64,000 bases of DNA from Candidatus Poribacteria bacterium (GCA_965218095.1 OZ244587.1:1408001-1472000); one strand, 5' to 3'; shown: positions 41,768 to 51,905, numbered from the stretch's first letter. Notes: generated by a model from the letters alone, not told the origin. Made by a program: numbers and translations.

Positions 41768-43342
41768 TTAGTCCGCAAATCCCCCAGTCATCAATAGCCC
41801 GATTTTGGACAGGTCATCCCGAAACTGCGTTGCCTCCGTCAGCACCCCCTTGTACATGACAAAGATTCGGTCGCTCAACGCCAGTACCTCATCAAGTTCT
41901 GTGGAGATTAGCAGCACGGCGCGTTGCCCCTGACGCTGTTCGAGAAGCTGTTGATGCACATAGTCGGTCGCCCCGATATCCAATCCGCGGGTTGGATTGA
42001 CAGCCAGCAGCAGTTGTGGCTCTTGTGAAAGCTCCCGCGCAACAACAACCTTCTGCTGATTTCCCCCGGATAACGACTTCGCCGGTGCATGCGGATGGGT
42101 CGTCCGCACGTCATAGCGTTGGATTAGTGCCTCGGCATCGGCGTCAATCCGTTTGAGATCTAAGAACGCCTTCCAACCTTTGAAAGGTTTGAAACCTTTC
42201 AAAGGTTTTGACTGATATCCCTTGAGTCGATGAACGTTGAGAATCAGATTCTCCGCGATTGTGAAACTCAGAATGAGTCCAGCTATCTGTCGGTCTTCGG
42301 GAATATAGCCATATCCCAATTGGCGACTCTTGCTCGTTGGGAGATTGGTGATTGACTGTCCGTTAAAACGGATGGTACCGCTCTGAGACCTGCGCAGCCC
42401 AACAATTGCTTCCATCAGTTCGATTTGTCCATTACCATCAATGCCAGCGATGCCCACGATTTCGCCGGCGCAGACATCAAATGGGCAGCTATCAACCGCA
42501 ACCTGATCACGGTGTCCGACAACGGTTAAATCGCGGATTTCAAGGATTGGCGGGCCGGGGGCTTGGGCGCTTCGCTGAATCTGTAGTAACTCGTGTCCGA
42601 TCATCTGTTTCGCTAAATGGGCGGGAGAGGTGTCAGCGACTTTCGTAGTCGCAACACGCTTACCGCGACGCAACACGGTAATCCGATCGCTGATTTTCAT
42701 CACCTCTTTCAGCTTATGGCTGATGAAGATAATGGAATGCCCATCGGATTTGAGACGACGAAGGATGGCGAACAGTTCCGTAATCTCTTGTGGAGACAGA
42801 ACCGCGGTCGGCTCATCGAGGATAAGGATTCGTGCATCCGCTGAAAGCGCTTTGAGGATCTCAACCCGTTGCTGAAGCCCGACCGAAAGCTGCCAGACCT
42901 TCATGTGCGGTGAGATGGACAGACTGTAACGGGTGGAAAGCTGCTGGACATTTTCCTCGGCTTCGTTCCGCCGAAACCGAAATTTGCCACATCCAGAACT
43001 GAGGGCAATATTTTCAGCCACGCTCAGCGAAGGCACAAGCGTAAAGTGCTGATGCACCATGCCAATCCCGTGAGCAATCGCGGTCTTCGGTGAATCAATA
43101 ACGATCGGCTTCCCGTCGATCAGAATCTCCCCGGCATCGGGTTGATACAAGCCGTAGATCAGGTTCATCAGTGTGGACTTACCCGCCCCGTTTTCACCGA
43201 GTAGCGTGTGAATCTCCCCCTGCCGCAACGCGAAATCCACGCCATCCACGGCGAGGTTGTTCCCGAATGCTTTGGTGATGCCGTGCAGTTCAAGTGCGAA
43301 AGACGATTTGATAGAGTTCATTAGCCGGTTAAGAACCCTCAC
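41768..43342 (-). CDS. Nucleoside/sugar ABC transporter ATPase (CUT2, two NBDs)
   Basis: GENGAGKS, LDEPT, ISHKL, LSGGNQQK, PTRGLD. Confidence 0.93.
   Translation of the reverse strand: MRVLNRLMNSIKSSFALELHGITKAFGNNLAVDGVDFALRQGEIHTLLGENGAGKSTLMNLIYGLYQPDAGEILIDGKPIVIDSPKTAIAHGIGMVHQHFTLVPSLSVAENIALSSGCGKFRFRRNEAEENVQQLSTRYSLSISPHMKVWQLSVGLQQRVEILKALSADARILILDEPTAVLSPQEITELFAILRRLKSDGHSIIFISHKLKEVMKISDRITVLRRGKRVATTKVADTSPAHLAKQMIGHELLQIQRSAQAPGPPILEIRDLTVVGHRDQVAVDSCPFDVCAGEIVGIAGIDGNGQIELMEAIVGLRRSQSGTIRFNGQSITNLPTSKSRQLGYGYIPEDRQIAGLILSFTIAENLILNVHRLKGYQSKPLKGFKPFKGWKAFLDLKRIDADAEALIQRYDVRTTHPHAPAKSLSGGNQQKVVVARELSQEPQLLLAVNPTRGLDIGATDYVHQQLLEQRQGQRAVLLISTELDEVLALSDRIFVMYKGVLTEATQFRDDLSKIGLLMTGGFAD
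42175..42207. repeat. 33-bp palindrome inserted in frame in the ABC ATPase
   Basis: AACCTTTGAAAGGTTT-G-AAACCTTTCAAAGGTT, read as KPLKGFKPFKGW. Confidence 0.85.
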
Positions 43343-44458
43343 GAACGGGAACGAAAAGAACGCTCATCCGTCTCCCCAAAAAACAACTCTTCACTTTGAG
43401 TTACCATTTGAATAGCAATTCGATCTTTTAAGATTCGTGGACTGAAATTTGTGCGAACTTCTTCATCAACTCGGTCCAGTAAATATGGGATCTCGTGGCC
43501 GGGATTGTTCATTTGACAATCAGCTACCATGATGCGTAGCATATCCTCCAAATGATCTTTGTGTACCTCAAAACCGAATGCTTTTTGCCGAGGCTTAAAA
43601 ACACCTCTGAATATATCACGGGCAATACCATTTTTAAAATCATCTAATACATAGCGGTTCCGAGTTTCGCCGGGATTTCTGTTTGGCGCGTTGCTCTGAT
43701 TTAAGTGGTTTTCTAAAGTTTCAATCACATAAATTTCACCGGATTTAAGGGCGCGAGCGAATTTGGTAAATACAGGATTCGCTATATTTTTGATGACACC
43801 CAGAACTTGCTTTTTTTTACTTGCAAACAACCTGTTATACAATTGCACCCCTTCTTGACTTGATACAAGGTATTCATCGACCAAAGGACCATCCAAGAAC
43901 AGATATGGCTCATTAATTTCAAGGCAGTGCTCAACCTCATAGTATCGTAAGTATGCTGTCGGATATATGCCGAAAAGACCTCGTTTTTCGCGTGCAATGA
44001 AATCATCCGTATCGGCTGCATCAGAGAGCAAAACCTTGCTTGACCACATAGTGTAACGAGTCTTGCATCGGCCGACAATGTGAGAGGCTACCAATGCCAA
44101 CGCAAATCGCTTGCCCTGCTGAATATTTCTGCATCGGAAGGGCGAAGGTTCCGTCTATAGCGGCGACCTCCCCTTTCTCTAATTCTCTCGCTTCACTGAA
44201 TAAACCAAACTCCACCTTACGCAACGGGGGTAAACGGGGATTAGCTGGATCATCTTCCATAGTCTCGCGCGCTTCCTGTATTGCCCGATTTACCTGATCG
44301 CTGTTGAGCATTTCTACAACATCGTCGGCGATCCCACCGAAATTAGAGGCGAACTCATTTCTCAATACACGTCTCGATCCACGGAGGAGTTCGTGAAACA
44401 TTTCAACCTGTCGCTTGCGTTTCGATGGGTTGAAGAGTTCCCAAATCCTTCTGAACAT
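43339..44458 (-). pseudogene. NurA-like (RNase H fold) nuclease split by a one-base frameshift near 44047
   Basis: VAAIDGT, LFLDGPL, VLGVIK and IPYLL..V.E motifs. Frame switch at CAC TAT G TGG TCA; the joined product is about 372 aa. Confidence 0.72.
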
Positions 44459-44478
44459 TTGAAATTTCTCACTTCTTA

Positions 44479-46026
44479 TTAGCTGCTATTCGGGACCGTG
44501 TTATCGCTACGCATGAGTTCAAATGGAGATGGCGCCATCTGTACCAGAACAACAGCGAACGATTCAAACATCTTAACAAGGGCATGACCCGTACCAAGTC
44601 CTAACGCCTCTACAGAAAACCCTCTTCCCATTGTCTGCGTTGCAGAGTCCGCTTCATCCTTGCTGTTCTGATGCATCACTATATGCGTGTTGAGATTATT
44701 CATCACAAGCTGAGGGATTTGTGAAGCGTTTTGAAGACTAAGAATAATTGAGTGATCAAGAGTTCGCCCTTCACGCATAATGCGGTTGAATGAACCAGCG
44801 AGTGTATCGCTGTAACGTGACTCATTATCAAAAATGCGATGTGCTTCATCTACCATGTGAACAATGCCCATTCCTTCTCCCTTACTGCGATGCGATTGGC
44901 AACCATCCAAGACGTAAGACAAGAGTAAGGCATAGGATGAATCGTCCATCTGTGAATAATCAATGACCAAAATCCGCCCTTTACTTACATCAAAATCAAA
45001 TTGGCGTATTGTCTCGCCGTCAACAGCATCAAGCCATGGCATTTCCTCCCTGCGGGCTCGGACTTTTCGCAATATGGTGTTCCCCGTTCCACCATGAATC
45101 CGTTCTCCCGGATCTACGGACTCCATGCGATTTTGGACAACTTTCAAGATGTCATCAAGTGAATATGACTTCGTCTCAATAGAATCGGCGGCACTCGCAA
45201 ATCCTTCAAATTGTAGTTCTTCCTCTGTTCTAGGAAAGAAGAAACCCGCCAACATAGGTGGTGATAAATCTGATGCCCTGCACCCAGCGACAATATCTAC
45301 ACGGTTTGGATCGCACTTGCCGTGGAATCCAACACGAGTTACGCGATTAGCTGAACGAGGTTTCAATTCATATTTTTCAAAGCGTTTCCAGATGGTTCCT
45401 ACATTTGGGTCGCTATTTTGAGACTTAATCAACTCATAGTCAGGCTTTGCGTCATGAACCAAAACGCATTTGTTAAATTTCATTGCCTGATTGATTAAAT
45501 TCCCGGCAATGTTTGATTTTCCCGAACCTGTCCCACCTGCAATCATGATGTGGTGGTTAAACGTTCGCGCATCAATGCAGAGCGGCACACCGTTTGCATT
45601 GAGAAGTTCACCGATGACATTAAAACTTCCATCTGTATGCGTTGCTTTCTGAGGGATTCCAATAACTCGGTTTATCGTTTCTATATCCAGCTCAGTCACG
45701 GGAGCACCCGGCAAGGGACGTATCCGGGGTGTGAGCATCTGATGCCCGTCATATTCTCCTAATATCAATATATCAAATACCTGTACTGACTCTACGGATT
45801 GCACATCGTCGCAGGACTCCATAAGTTTGAGTCCATGAAGAATCGTTGGATCAAGGGGATTACCCACAATCGAGATATTTCGGTTAGGTTGGACAACCTG
45901 TCCAATCCAAGATTTATCACCTTGATCCATACGGACATAATCAAACAAAGCAAACTCTTCCTCCATTCGTCCCATTGCCTGAATATGCGTTAAGTCGCTG
46001 TTTGGATTGTCATGTAATATGATCAT
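44479..46026 (-). CDS. HerA/FtsK-superfamily ATPase (HAS barrel plus DUF87-like)
   Basis: Beta-rich N-terminus, HHIMIAGGTGSGKS (Walker A), HMVDEAH (Walker B), REGR arginine finger, SLQ motif; GGAGG RBS. Confidence 0.88.
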   Translation of the reverse strand: MIILHDNPNSDLTHIQAMGRMEEEFALFDYVRMDQGDKSWIGQVVQPNRNISIVGNPLDPTILHGLKLMESCDDVQSVESVQVFDILILGEYDGHQMLTPRIRPLPGAPVTELDIETINRVIGIPQKATHTDGSFNVIGELLNANGVPLCIDARTFNHHIMIAGGTGSGKSNIAGNLINQAMKFNKCVLVHDAKPDYELIKSQNSDPNVGTIWKRFEKYELKPRSANRVTRVGFHGKCDPNRVDIVAGCRASDLSPPMLAGFFFPRTEEELQFEGFASAADSIETKSYSLDDILKVVQNRMESVDPGERIHGGTGNTILRKVRARREEMPWLDAVDGETIRQFDFDVSKGRILVIDYSQMDDSSYALLLSYVLDGCQSHRSKGEGMGIVHMVDEAHRIFDNESRYSDTLAGSFNRIMREGRTLDHSIILSLQNASQIPQLVMNNLNTHIVMHQNSKDEADSATQTMGRGFSVEALGLGTGHALVKMFESFAVVLVQMAPSPFELMRSDNTVPNSS

Positions 46027-46053
46027 CCTTTACCTCCAAATCCCCGTCTACTA

Positions 46054-47043
46054 CTAAAATTTCACTCGAGGTGCCTTGAATTCACCCACGAGAATCTTTT
46101 GATGGATTTCCTTGACCTTTGCTTGTACATCTGCCGGGATACGATCTTTAAGTTCCGGATTGTAAATTAGCTTCACGGTCTCATTAAGCGACATCCCCAT
46201 CCACATAATCTTGGGTTCAAACTTGCCCGCTTTCACCAGATTTGCTATGTAAACAAAGGCTTTCGTATCAATAGCAGCGCTCGCAAGAATCGCATCGGGA
46301 GCGATGTCGTTCTGATCGCGGTTAGAACCGAAAGCATAGACATCTACCCCGGCTTTACGGCTATCTTCGACGGCATGGAAAACCCCGCGCCCCGCCGCAT
46401 CGGCGTTATGGAAGATGAAATCCGCACCCTCCGTAATTTGAGACAACGTCAATTCCTTCGCTTTTCCGATATTCTCCCAGTCCCCGACATAGGAGCGGGA
46501 AACGTTGATATTTGGATTGACGGATTTTGCACCTTCTTCAAAGGCAAAGAAGGTGCTGTTGATCGGTGGGATGTTCATGCCCCCTACAAGCCCGATCTTT
46601 CCGGTCCTGGTCATCATGCCGGAAATGACCCCCAGCAGATAGGTTACCTCCTCAAGTTCAAAAACGATTGGGGATACATTATCCAGAACCGTATTCCCAG
46701 AAGTAGTGATAAACACCGTATCCGGGAAATCTGGTGCAACGGCTTTTGCGGGTTCCTGATACTCAAATCCGTGTCCAAAGATTAGATCATATCCCCGAGT
46801 TGCGTAGAATCGAAAATGTTCTTCCCACTGCGATGGGGTTTTGCTTTCGACATGGCTGACCTCCGCCCCAAGTTCCTTTTCGATTCGCTTGAGTCCGTCG
46901 TATGCCAGCGCATTCCAGCCCGCGTCACTAATCGAGCCGGGTGTCAGCAGCGCAACCTTGAATTTAGCCGCGTCGGCTATCCCGCTGCTAAATCCAAACA
47001 GTAGGATGAGTAAACCATAAATGATCCAGTTCTGATTCCGCAT
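46054..47043 (-). CDS. BMP-family ABC substrate-binding protein (nucleoside type)
   Basis: Signal peptide, D.GWN..AY.GL, GYDLIFGHGFEY, GADFIF. Confidence 0.9.
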   Translation of the reverse strand: MRNQNWIIYGLLILLFGFSSGIADAAKFKVALLTPGSISDAGWNALAYDGLKRIEKELGAEVSHVESKTPSQWEEHFRFYATRGYDLIFGHGFEYQEPAKAVAPDFPDTVFITTSGNTVLDNVSPIVFELEEVTYLLGVISGMMTRTGKIGLVGGMNIPPINSTFFAFEEGAKSVNPNINVSRSYVGDWENIGKAKELTLSQITEGADFIFHNADAAGRGVFHAVEDSRKAGVDVYAFGSNRDQNDIAPDAILASAAIDTKAFVYIANLVKAGKFEPKIMWMGMSLNETVKLIYNPELKDRIPADVQAKVKEIHQKILVGEFKAPRVKF

Positions 47044-47260
47044 AGAAACACCTCAACTGTACTATTACTAAATCCGTGAGAAAATCTGTTTCAGTTGGCA
47101 CATTGAGGAGACGACCAGGGATTTGAGTACAAGGATTCAGAGGTTCAATGAACCCTTGTACTCATGAACCTCTGCACTTTTGCGACGTGAGTGTTGCAGT
47201 TTCGATACGAGTTCTCAAGGGTTTAGTGATAGCACACCATCGCAGCACACCACCCCGCTA

Positions 47261-47380
47261 TTATCTAAAAATAACCCACGCTATCCCAAGCGCCAACAGT
47301 GTATTGAAGATCGTTGCCGCCAGATATACCGCTACAGGTCTTCCTCTCATATTCCGAAACTCCCCAAAAGCAGAATCCCC
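47261..47380 (-). pseudogene. C-terminal remnant of a membrane protein (YeiH/sulfate-exporter-like), or a 29-aa hydrophobic peptide
   Basis: AFGEFRNMRGRPVAVYLAATIFNTLLALGIAWVIFR*, bounded upstream by a palindrome. Confidence 0.4.
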
Positions 47381-47383
47381 CTA

Positions 47384-47416
47384 AACCTCGCGAAAGTTTC
47401 AAACCTTCGCAGAGTT
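47384..47416. repeat. Degenerate copy of the 33-bp palindrome
   Basis: AACCTCGCGAAAGTTTCAAACCTTCGCAGAGTT. Confidence 0.65.
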
Positions 47417-47752
47417 AGTTTCTGACTAAAATTTCACGTACTGATTATATGACACACCCAACAGGCTGTCAAGCTTATTCCCCACGGACCGCACTAATCG
47501 TGGCGCCAAAACTTATCCCATACCGTCCCAAAGTCCGCATCGCGTGCGACGATTTCGCGGCTGCCCACAAATTCCACTATGCCCATTCGCCCCCTTTGTG
47601 TCAACGAAAAAGTGTTGACGAATGCGGTGAAATCTGCTAAACTCTCGCATAATGTGTAATGTTCAAGATCGTGGAAAACGAACAACATAAAACATTGATG
47701 ATGTGGATTTAATGGATTCTCACAGATTAAAAATCAACGACGATAGGGTTTC

Positions 47753-49084
47753 TTGTTGAAGAATTGGTTATCTAATATACTTTGCGGCTATCTGGTGTTT
47801 TCAAATCAAAGACCTGCCAGCATCGTTCTGGTGCTGATCCTGTATTTCGCTTTGGCGGTCGGCTGTACCATGCTACAGGTTCAGGGTGAAGAGTGGCCCA
47901 CCTGGCGAGGCCCACGCGGCGATGGTAGTTGGAATGGGCCGCCGTTGCCAAGCGAATGGCCTAACGATGGGTTGCCCGTCATCTGGCGTCGGCAAATCGG
48001 GGGCGGGTATTCGGGTGTCGTGGTGGCTGATGGGCGCGTGTATACAATGGATCGACAGACCGAGCCGGGGGAGGTTGAGGGTGTCCTCTGTTTCGATTCA
48101 GGAACTGGGGAGCGGCTGTGGAGGCATTCTTATGAGGCGCCGTACGGAGACCTCGATTACGGTAGTGGGCCCCGTGCGACGCCCACAGTTTTTAAGGGAC
48201 GTGTTTATACACTTGGTGCGGTTGGACACCTGCACTGCTTGGATGCCGAATCAGGCCAGGTCATCTGGGTGAAGGACACGGAAGCCGAGCTCGATGCCGA
48301 GCGTCCGCAATGGGGCTTCGCCGCCTCGCCGGCGATCTGGAAGCACCTTGTAATTGTGCACATCGCCGCCAAGCCTAGGGGCTGTCTGGTCGCGTTTAAT
48401 CGCATCAGCGGAGAGGAGGTTTGGCGTAGCTCGGACGCCCCGGCGGGCTATTGCACGCCGATTATCATCAACCACGGGGAACACGAACAACTCATCTGCT
48501 GGACGCCGGAGAACGTCCTTGGCGTCTCACCGAGCACAGGCGAGGTCTACTGGTCAGTTCCGTATCAGGTGACCAACGGTGTCTCGATTGCCACGCCGAT
48601 TTTCCACGAAGGTCTCGTGTTCGTCAGCGGTTACTGGGAAGGCTCGAAGGCCATCCGCCTCGGGGAACATCCGCATGATGCGAAGCTGATTTGGGCCGAG
48701 ACTCGATACCTTCGCGCCTTGATGTCACAGCCACTTTACCGGAACGGGTATGTTTACCTACTGGACAAGTTCCATGGTCTGATCTGCTTCAAGTTGCAGA
48801 CGGGTGAGAAGGTCTGGGACGACAATAACCGGATGACCCCCAAGGGGCGTAATCCACAGGCAACCATGGTGTGGGTAGGTAATACGGATCGGGTGCTGGT
48901 TCTGAATTCCGATGGCGAATTGATTCTGGCGCGGTTCACGCCCGAAGGTTACCGTGAGCAGTCTCGCACCCGGATTATCGGTCACACATGGGCGCACCCG
49001 GCGTACGCCGGTGACCGAATCTACGCACGGAGCGACGAAGAACTGGTTTGTGTGAGGCTGACCAATACAGGTGCCAGAAGGTGA
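47753..49084 (+). CDS. Secreted PQQ-like/BamB-type beta-propeller protein (start uncertain)
   Basis: Hydrophobic leader, EWPTWRGP, repeated D..TG...W motifs, TWAHPA...IYAR. Confidence 0.85.
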   Translation: MLKNWLSNILCGYLVFSNQRPASIVLVLILYFALAVGCTMLQVQGEEWPTWRGPRGDGSWNGPPLPSEWPNDGLPVIWRRQIGGGYSGVVVADGRVYTMDRQTEPGEVEGVLCFDSGTGERLWRHSYEAPYGDLDYGSGPRATPTVFKGRVYTLGAVGHLHCLDAESGQVIWVKDTEAELDAERPQWGFAASPAIWKHLVIVHIAAKPRGCLVAFNRISGEEVWRSSDAPAGYCTPIIINHGEHEQLICWTPENVLGVSPSTGEVYWSVPYQVTNGVSIATPIFHEGLVFVSGYWEGSKAIRLGEHPHDAKLIWAETRYLRALMSQPLYRNGYVYLLDKFHGLICFKLQTGEKVWDDNNRMTPKGRNPQATMVWVGNTDRVLVLNSDGELILARFTPEGYREQSRTRIIGHTWAHPAYAGDRIYARSDEELVCVRLTNTGARR

Positions 49085-49095
49085 AAGGTACAGAT

Positions 49096-50712
49096 ATGAA
49101 AATAAGGAGCGAATTTCCGCCGGTGATTTTCACCGACGATGCGTGGATTCTCAGCGCGACCGAGCCTCCGGTGACGGTCGAGGATTTGCGAGAGAAGGTG
49201 GTGGGAAGCTATACCGGGACGGGGGGCGCCCTATGGTGGAGCGTTGGGGACCATGAAGTATACCATTATGAAACGCAGGTGGGGGAGATGTTCGGCAAGG
49301 GATACGAGCATCTAGACGAGACAGCCTCCTCCTTCGTACATTCAGGGACGCCCGGCGTCGTGCCACGGATCGCTGAGAACTTGAGGGGCCTGGTGAAATC
49401 CAGCGGGGGACCGCTGTCAGCGCTGGCAAGTCTCTGCCGTGATGCGGGTGTGGTGTTCTTTCCACGGGTGCGGATGAACAGCCACTACGTCCTCGATCCG
49501 CAGCATCCGGGTTACGGAAGGTTCCGACGGGAACATCCCGAACTGCTCATCGGCAGGCCCGGCGAGACGGCGCCTGAAGGCTCGATCGAGTGGGCGATCA
49601 GGACGGGTCTCAACTACGCCTTTCCCGAGGTTCGGGCACACATGACTCGGATTATTTTCGAGGTGTTCGAGCGTTTCGATGTGGACGGGGTGGAGTTGGA
49701 CTTCATGCGTCACCCGGCCTTCTTCCGGATGGAGGAAGCCTACGCCAATCGCTACCTCATAACCGACATGGTGCGGTGTTTGCGAGAGCGGTTGAGAGTA
49801 GTAAGCGCGGAAAGAGACAAAGATCTGCTACTAGCAGTGCGGGTACCGCCCACGCTGGCAGACTCGGTCCGGATTGGTCTCGACGTACCGCGGTGGATAG
49901 CGCAGGAATTGGTGGATATCGTCGTGGTCGGCGGGGGCTTCATTCCCTTCGAGACGCCGGTCGGCGAGTTCGTCGAAGCGGCACGAAGGACAGACTGCCG
50001 GGTGTACGGATGCATCGAGGCAACGCGCTATATCGACGAGAAGAATCTTAGAGCGTTGGCCAGCCGCTGGTGGGAAGACGGAGCGTCGGGGATTTACCTT
50101 TACAATTTCTACACTATGTCAGCCAAGTGGAATCAGCGCATTTACCAGCAACTTTCCGACCCCGCTGCGTTGAGATGTCTCGACAAACGCTACGAACTAG
50201 ACCGTACCGGTCCTTTCAGCCCCACTGAAGGCCACAGCGCCGCATTTCGTTATGCGAGTCCGTGCGCTCAGTTACCGGTAGTGCTTCACCCGGGTTATAC
50301 AGGAACAGGTCCCTTGCTTCAGTTCCGAATTGCCGATGACCTTGGGTGTGCCCAAGCCGAGGGTACACTTGGCGACTGCGGTCTGGCGTTGCGGCTCCAA
50401 AACTTCACCCCCGAAGACGCACTTGAGGTGCGGCTCAATGGGGCGCTTATCCCGTGGGGTTCGGGCAGGGTTTCCTTTGACGGATGGAGTCGGTTGCAGT
50501 TGGAGCCGCAGTTCTGGATGCACTACCCGACGCAGCCTGTGGCTGTGAGGCAGTCTGGGGTCAGCGTCGAGTTTGACTTGCTTGCTCCGCCGTTGCGGCA
50601 GGGGGAAAACGAACTGGAAATCCATCTGGCGTCACAAAACCGCCAGGGGCGCGAGCCAGTGGTGCTGGAGGGTGTGGAAGTTACGGTGGCGTATCAGTGT
50701 ACGAGGGCTTAA
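49096..50712 (+). CDS. GHL10/DUF187-like TIM-barrel protein with C-terminal beta domain
   Basis: RVRMN, LNYAFPEVR, DVDGVELDFMR, GIYLYNF, LRQGENELEI. Confidence 0.75.
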   Translation: MKIRSEFPPVIFTDDAWILSATEPPVTVEDLREKVVGSYTGTGGALWWSVGDHEVYHYETQVGEMFGKGYEHLDETASSFVHSGTPGVVPRIAENLRGLVKSSGGPLSALASLCRDAGVVFFPRVRMNSHYVLDPQHPGYGRFRREHPELLIGRPGETAPEGSIEWAIRTGLNYAFPEVRAHMTRIIFEVFERFDVDGVELDFMRHPAFFRMEEAYANRYLITDMVRCLRERLRVVSAERDKDLLLAVRVPPTLADSVRIGLDVPRWIAQELVDIVVVGGGFIPFETPVGEFVEAARRTDCRVYGCIEATRYIDEKNLRALASRWWEDGASGIYLYNFYTMSAKWNQRIYQQLSDPAALRCLDKRYELDRTGPFSPTEGHSAAFRYASPCAQLPVVLHPGYTGTGPLLQFRIADDLGCAQAEGTLGDCGLALRLQNFTPEDALEVRLNGALIPWGSGRVSFDGWSRLQLEPQFWMHYPTQPVAVRQSGVSVEFDLLAPPLRQGENELEIHLASQNRQGREPVVLEGVEVTVAYQCTRA

Positions 50713-50795
50713 GATGTAAGTGTAATCACCACATGTTACATTCTGACACATTCCCACGCAAATACTTAACCCCTGACCAAGACAAGGAGAAGGGA

Positions 50796-51905
50796 ATGGC
50801 GAAATACCGCGGCGCGATCATCGGATTGGGGTGGATGGGGATGCTCTACGATCTGGCCCAACGCATGGGGGTATGGCACGTCGACGATATCGACCGTCCC
50901 ACACCCGAACTGGACATCCACCGCAAATTCCACTACCACGAGCAGCACTTGACCAGAAAAGCGATGCCGAGCAGCTACGCGGAGGCGCTGTGGGACCGAC
51001 CGGAAATCGAATTGGTCGCCGGCGCCGAGCGGGATCGCAAGCGGCTCGCAGCTTTCGGAGAGCGATACGGCGTCCAGGCGCTGTACACTAATGCGAGGGA
51101 AATGCTGCGCCAGGAAAAGCCTGACATCGTAGCAATTTCCACTAACACCAAGGGGCGGGCGGACCTGACCTGCTGCGCCGTCGAGTGCGGCGCCAAAGGC
51201 ATTGTGACGGAGAAGCCAATGGCCTACACCCTCGAAGAGGCAGATCACATGGTCAAAGCGTGCGCCGATGCGGCCGTACCGCTTTGCTGTGGTGCTATCT
51301 CGACAAGCCATCCCGCCTTTGGCACGGCCAAAGATTTGATAATGAGCGGGGCCATCGGCGAGGTGCTCTCTATTGAGGCCGAGTCGGACAAGAATCTATC
51401 TCAGCACCAGAACTGGTCGTATTTTGTCGACAGCCATCCGGCCTGGGTCATCGGCTCGGGAGACCTGCCCAGGCGCGAGTCGGGTAGCAACGAGTTTCGC
51501 GGTCAGGGCATGATGGTGACTAACACGAGCCTTGTCGTGCACTTCAGGAAGGGGGCGCCGGCGGTGCGCATTACTGGCGTGGATGGTGAGCTTCTCCACC
51601 CAGAGCATTACAGCGAATGGCTGCTGTTTCAGGATATGGACACCCCCGCCGGTCAGTGTCGGGTGGAAATGCCTTGGCCGGGCCCGCAGGTGCAGCGGCC
51701 CGGCGGTGGGTCGATTTACGGACTGGCGGATGTCATGGACTGCTTGGCGGGCACGCTCGACGAACCGAAGAATTCGGGACGTAGCGTCGCCGTCGCACTC
51801 GAAGTCGAGATCGCTATAAAGTTGTCTTCAGCTCAAGGCGGCAAGCGGATCGACCTGCCGTTAGAAGACCGTTCCCTGGGCCTTGAGTACGACTGGCATA
51901 GATAA
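50796..51905 (+). CDS. Gfo/Idh/MocA family oxidoreductase
   Basis: IIGLGWMG, PDIV.I.T, TEKPMA. Confidence 0.88.
   Translation: MAKYRGAIIGLGWMGMLYDLAQRMGVWHVDDIDRPTPELDIHRKFHYHEQHLTRKAMPSSYAEALWDRPEIELVAGAERDRKRLAAFGERYGVQALYTNAREMLRQEKPDIVAISTNTKGRADLTCCAVECGAKGIVTEKPMAYTLEEADHMVKACADAAVPLCCGAISTSHPAFGTAKDLIMSGAIGEVLSIEAESDKNLSQHQNWSYFVDSHPAWVIGSGDLPRRESGSNEFRGQGMMVTNTSLVVHFRKGAPAVRITGVDGELLHPEHYSEWLLFQDMDTPAGQCRVEMPWPGPQVQRPGGGSIYGLADVMDCLAGTLDEPKNSGRSVAVALEVEIAIKLSSAQGGKRIDLPLEDRSLGLEYDWHR

Noticed and set aside
47494-47688. 64-aa minus-strand ORF
   Set aside because: No clear RBS or recognisable motif.
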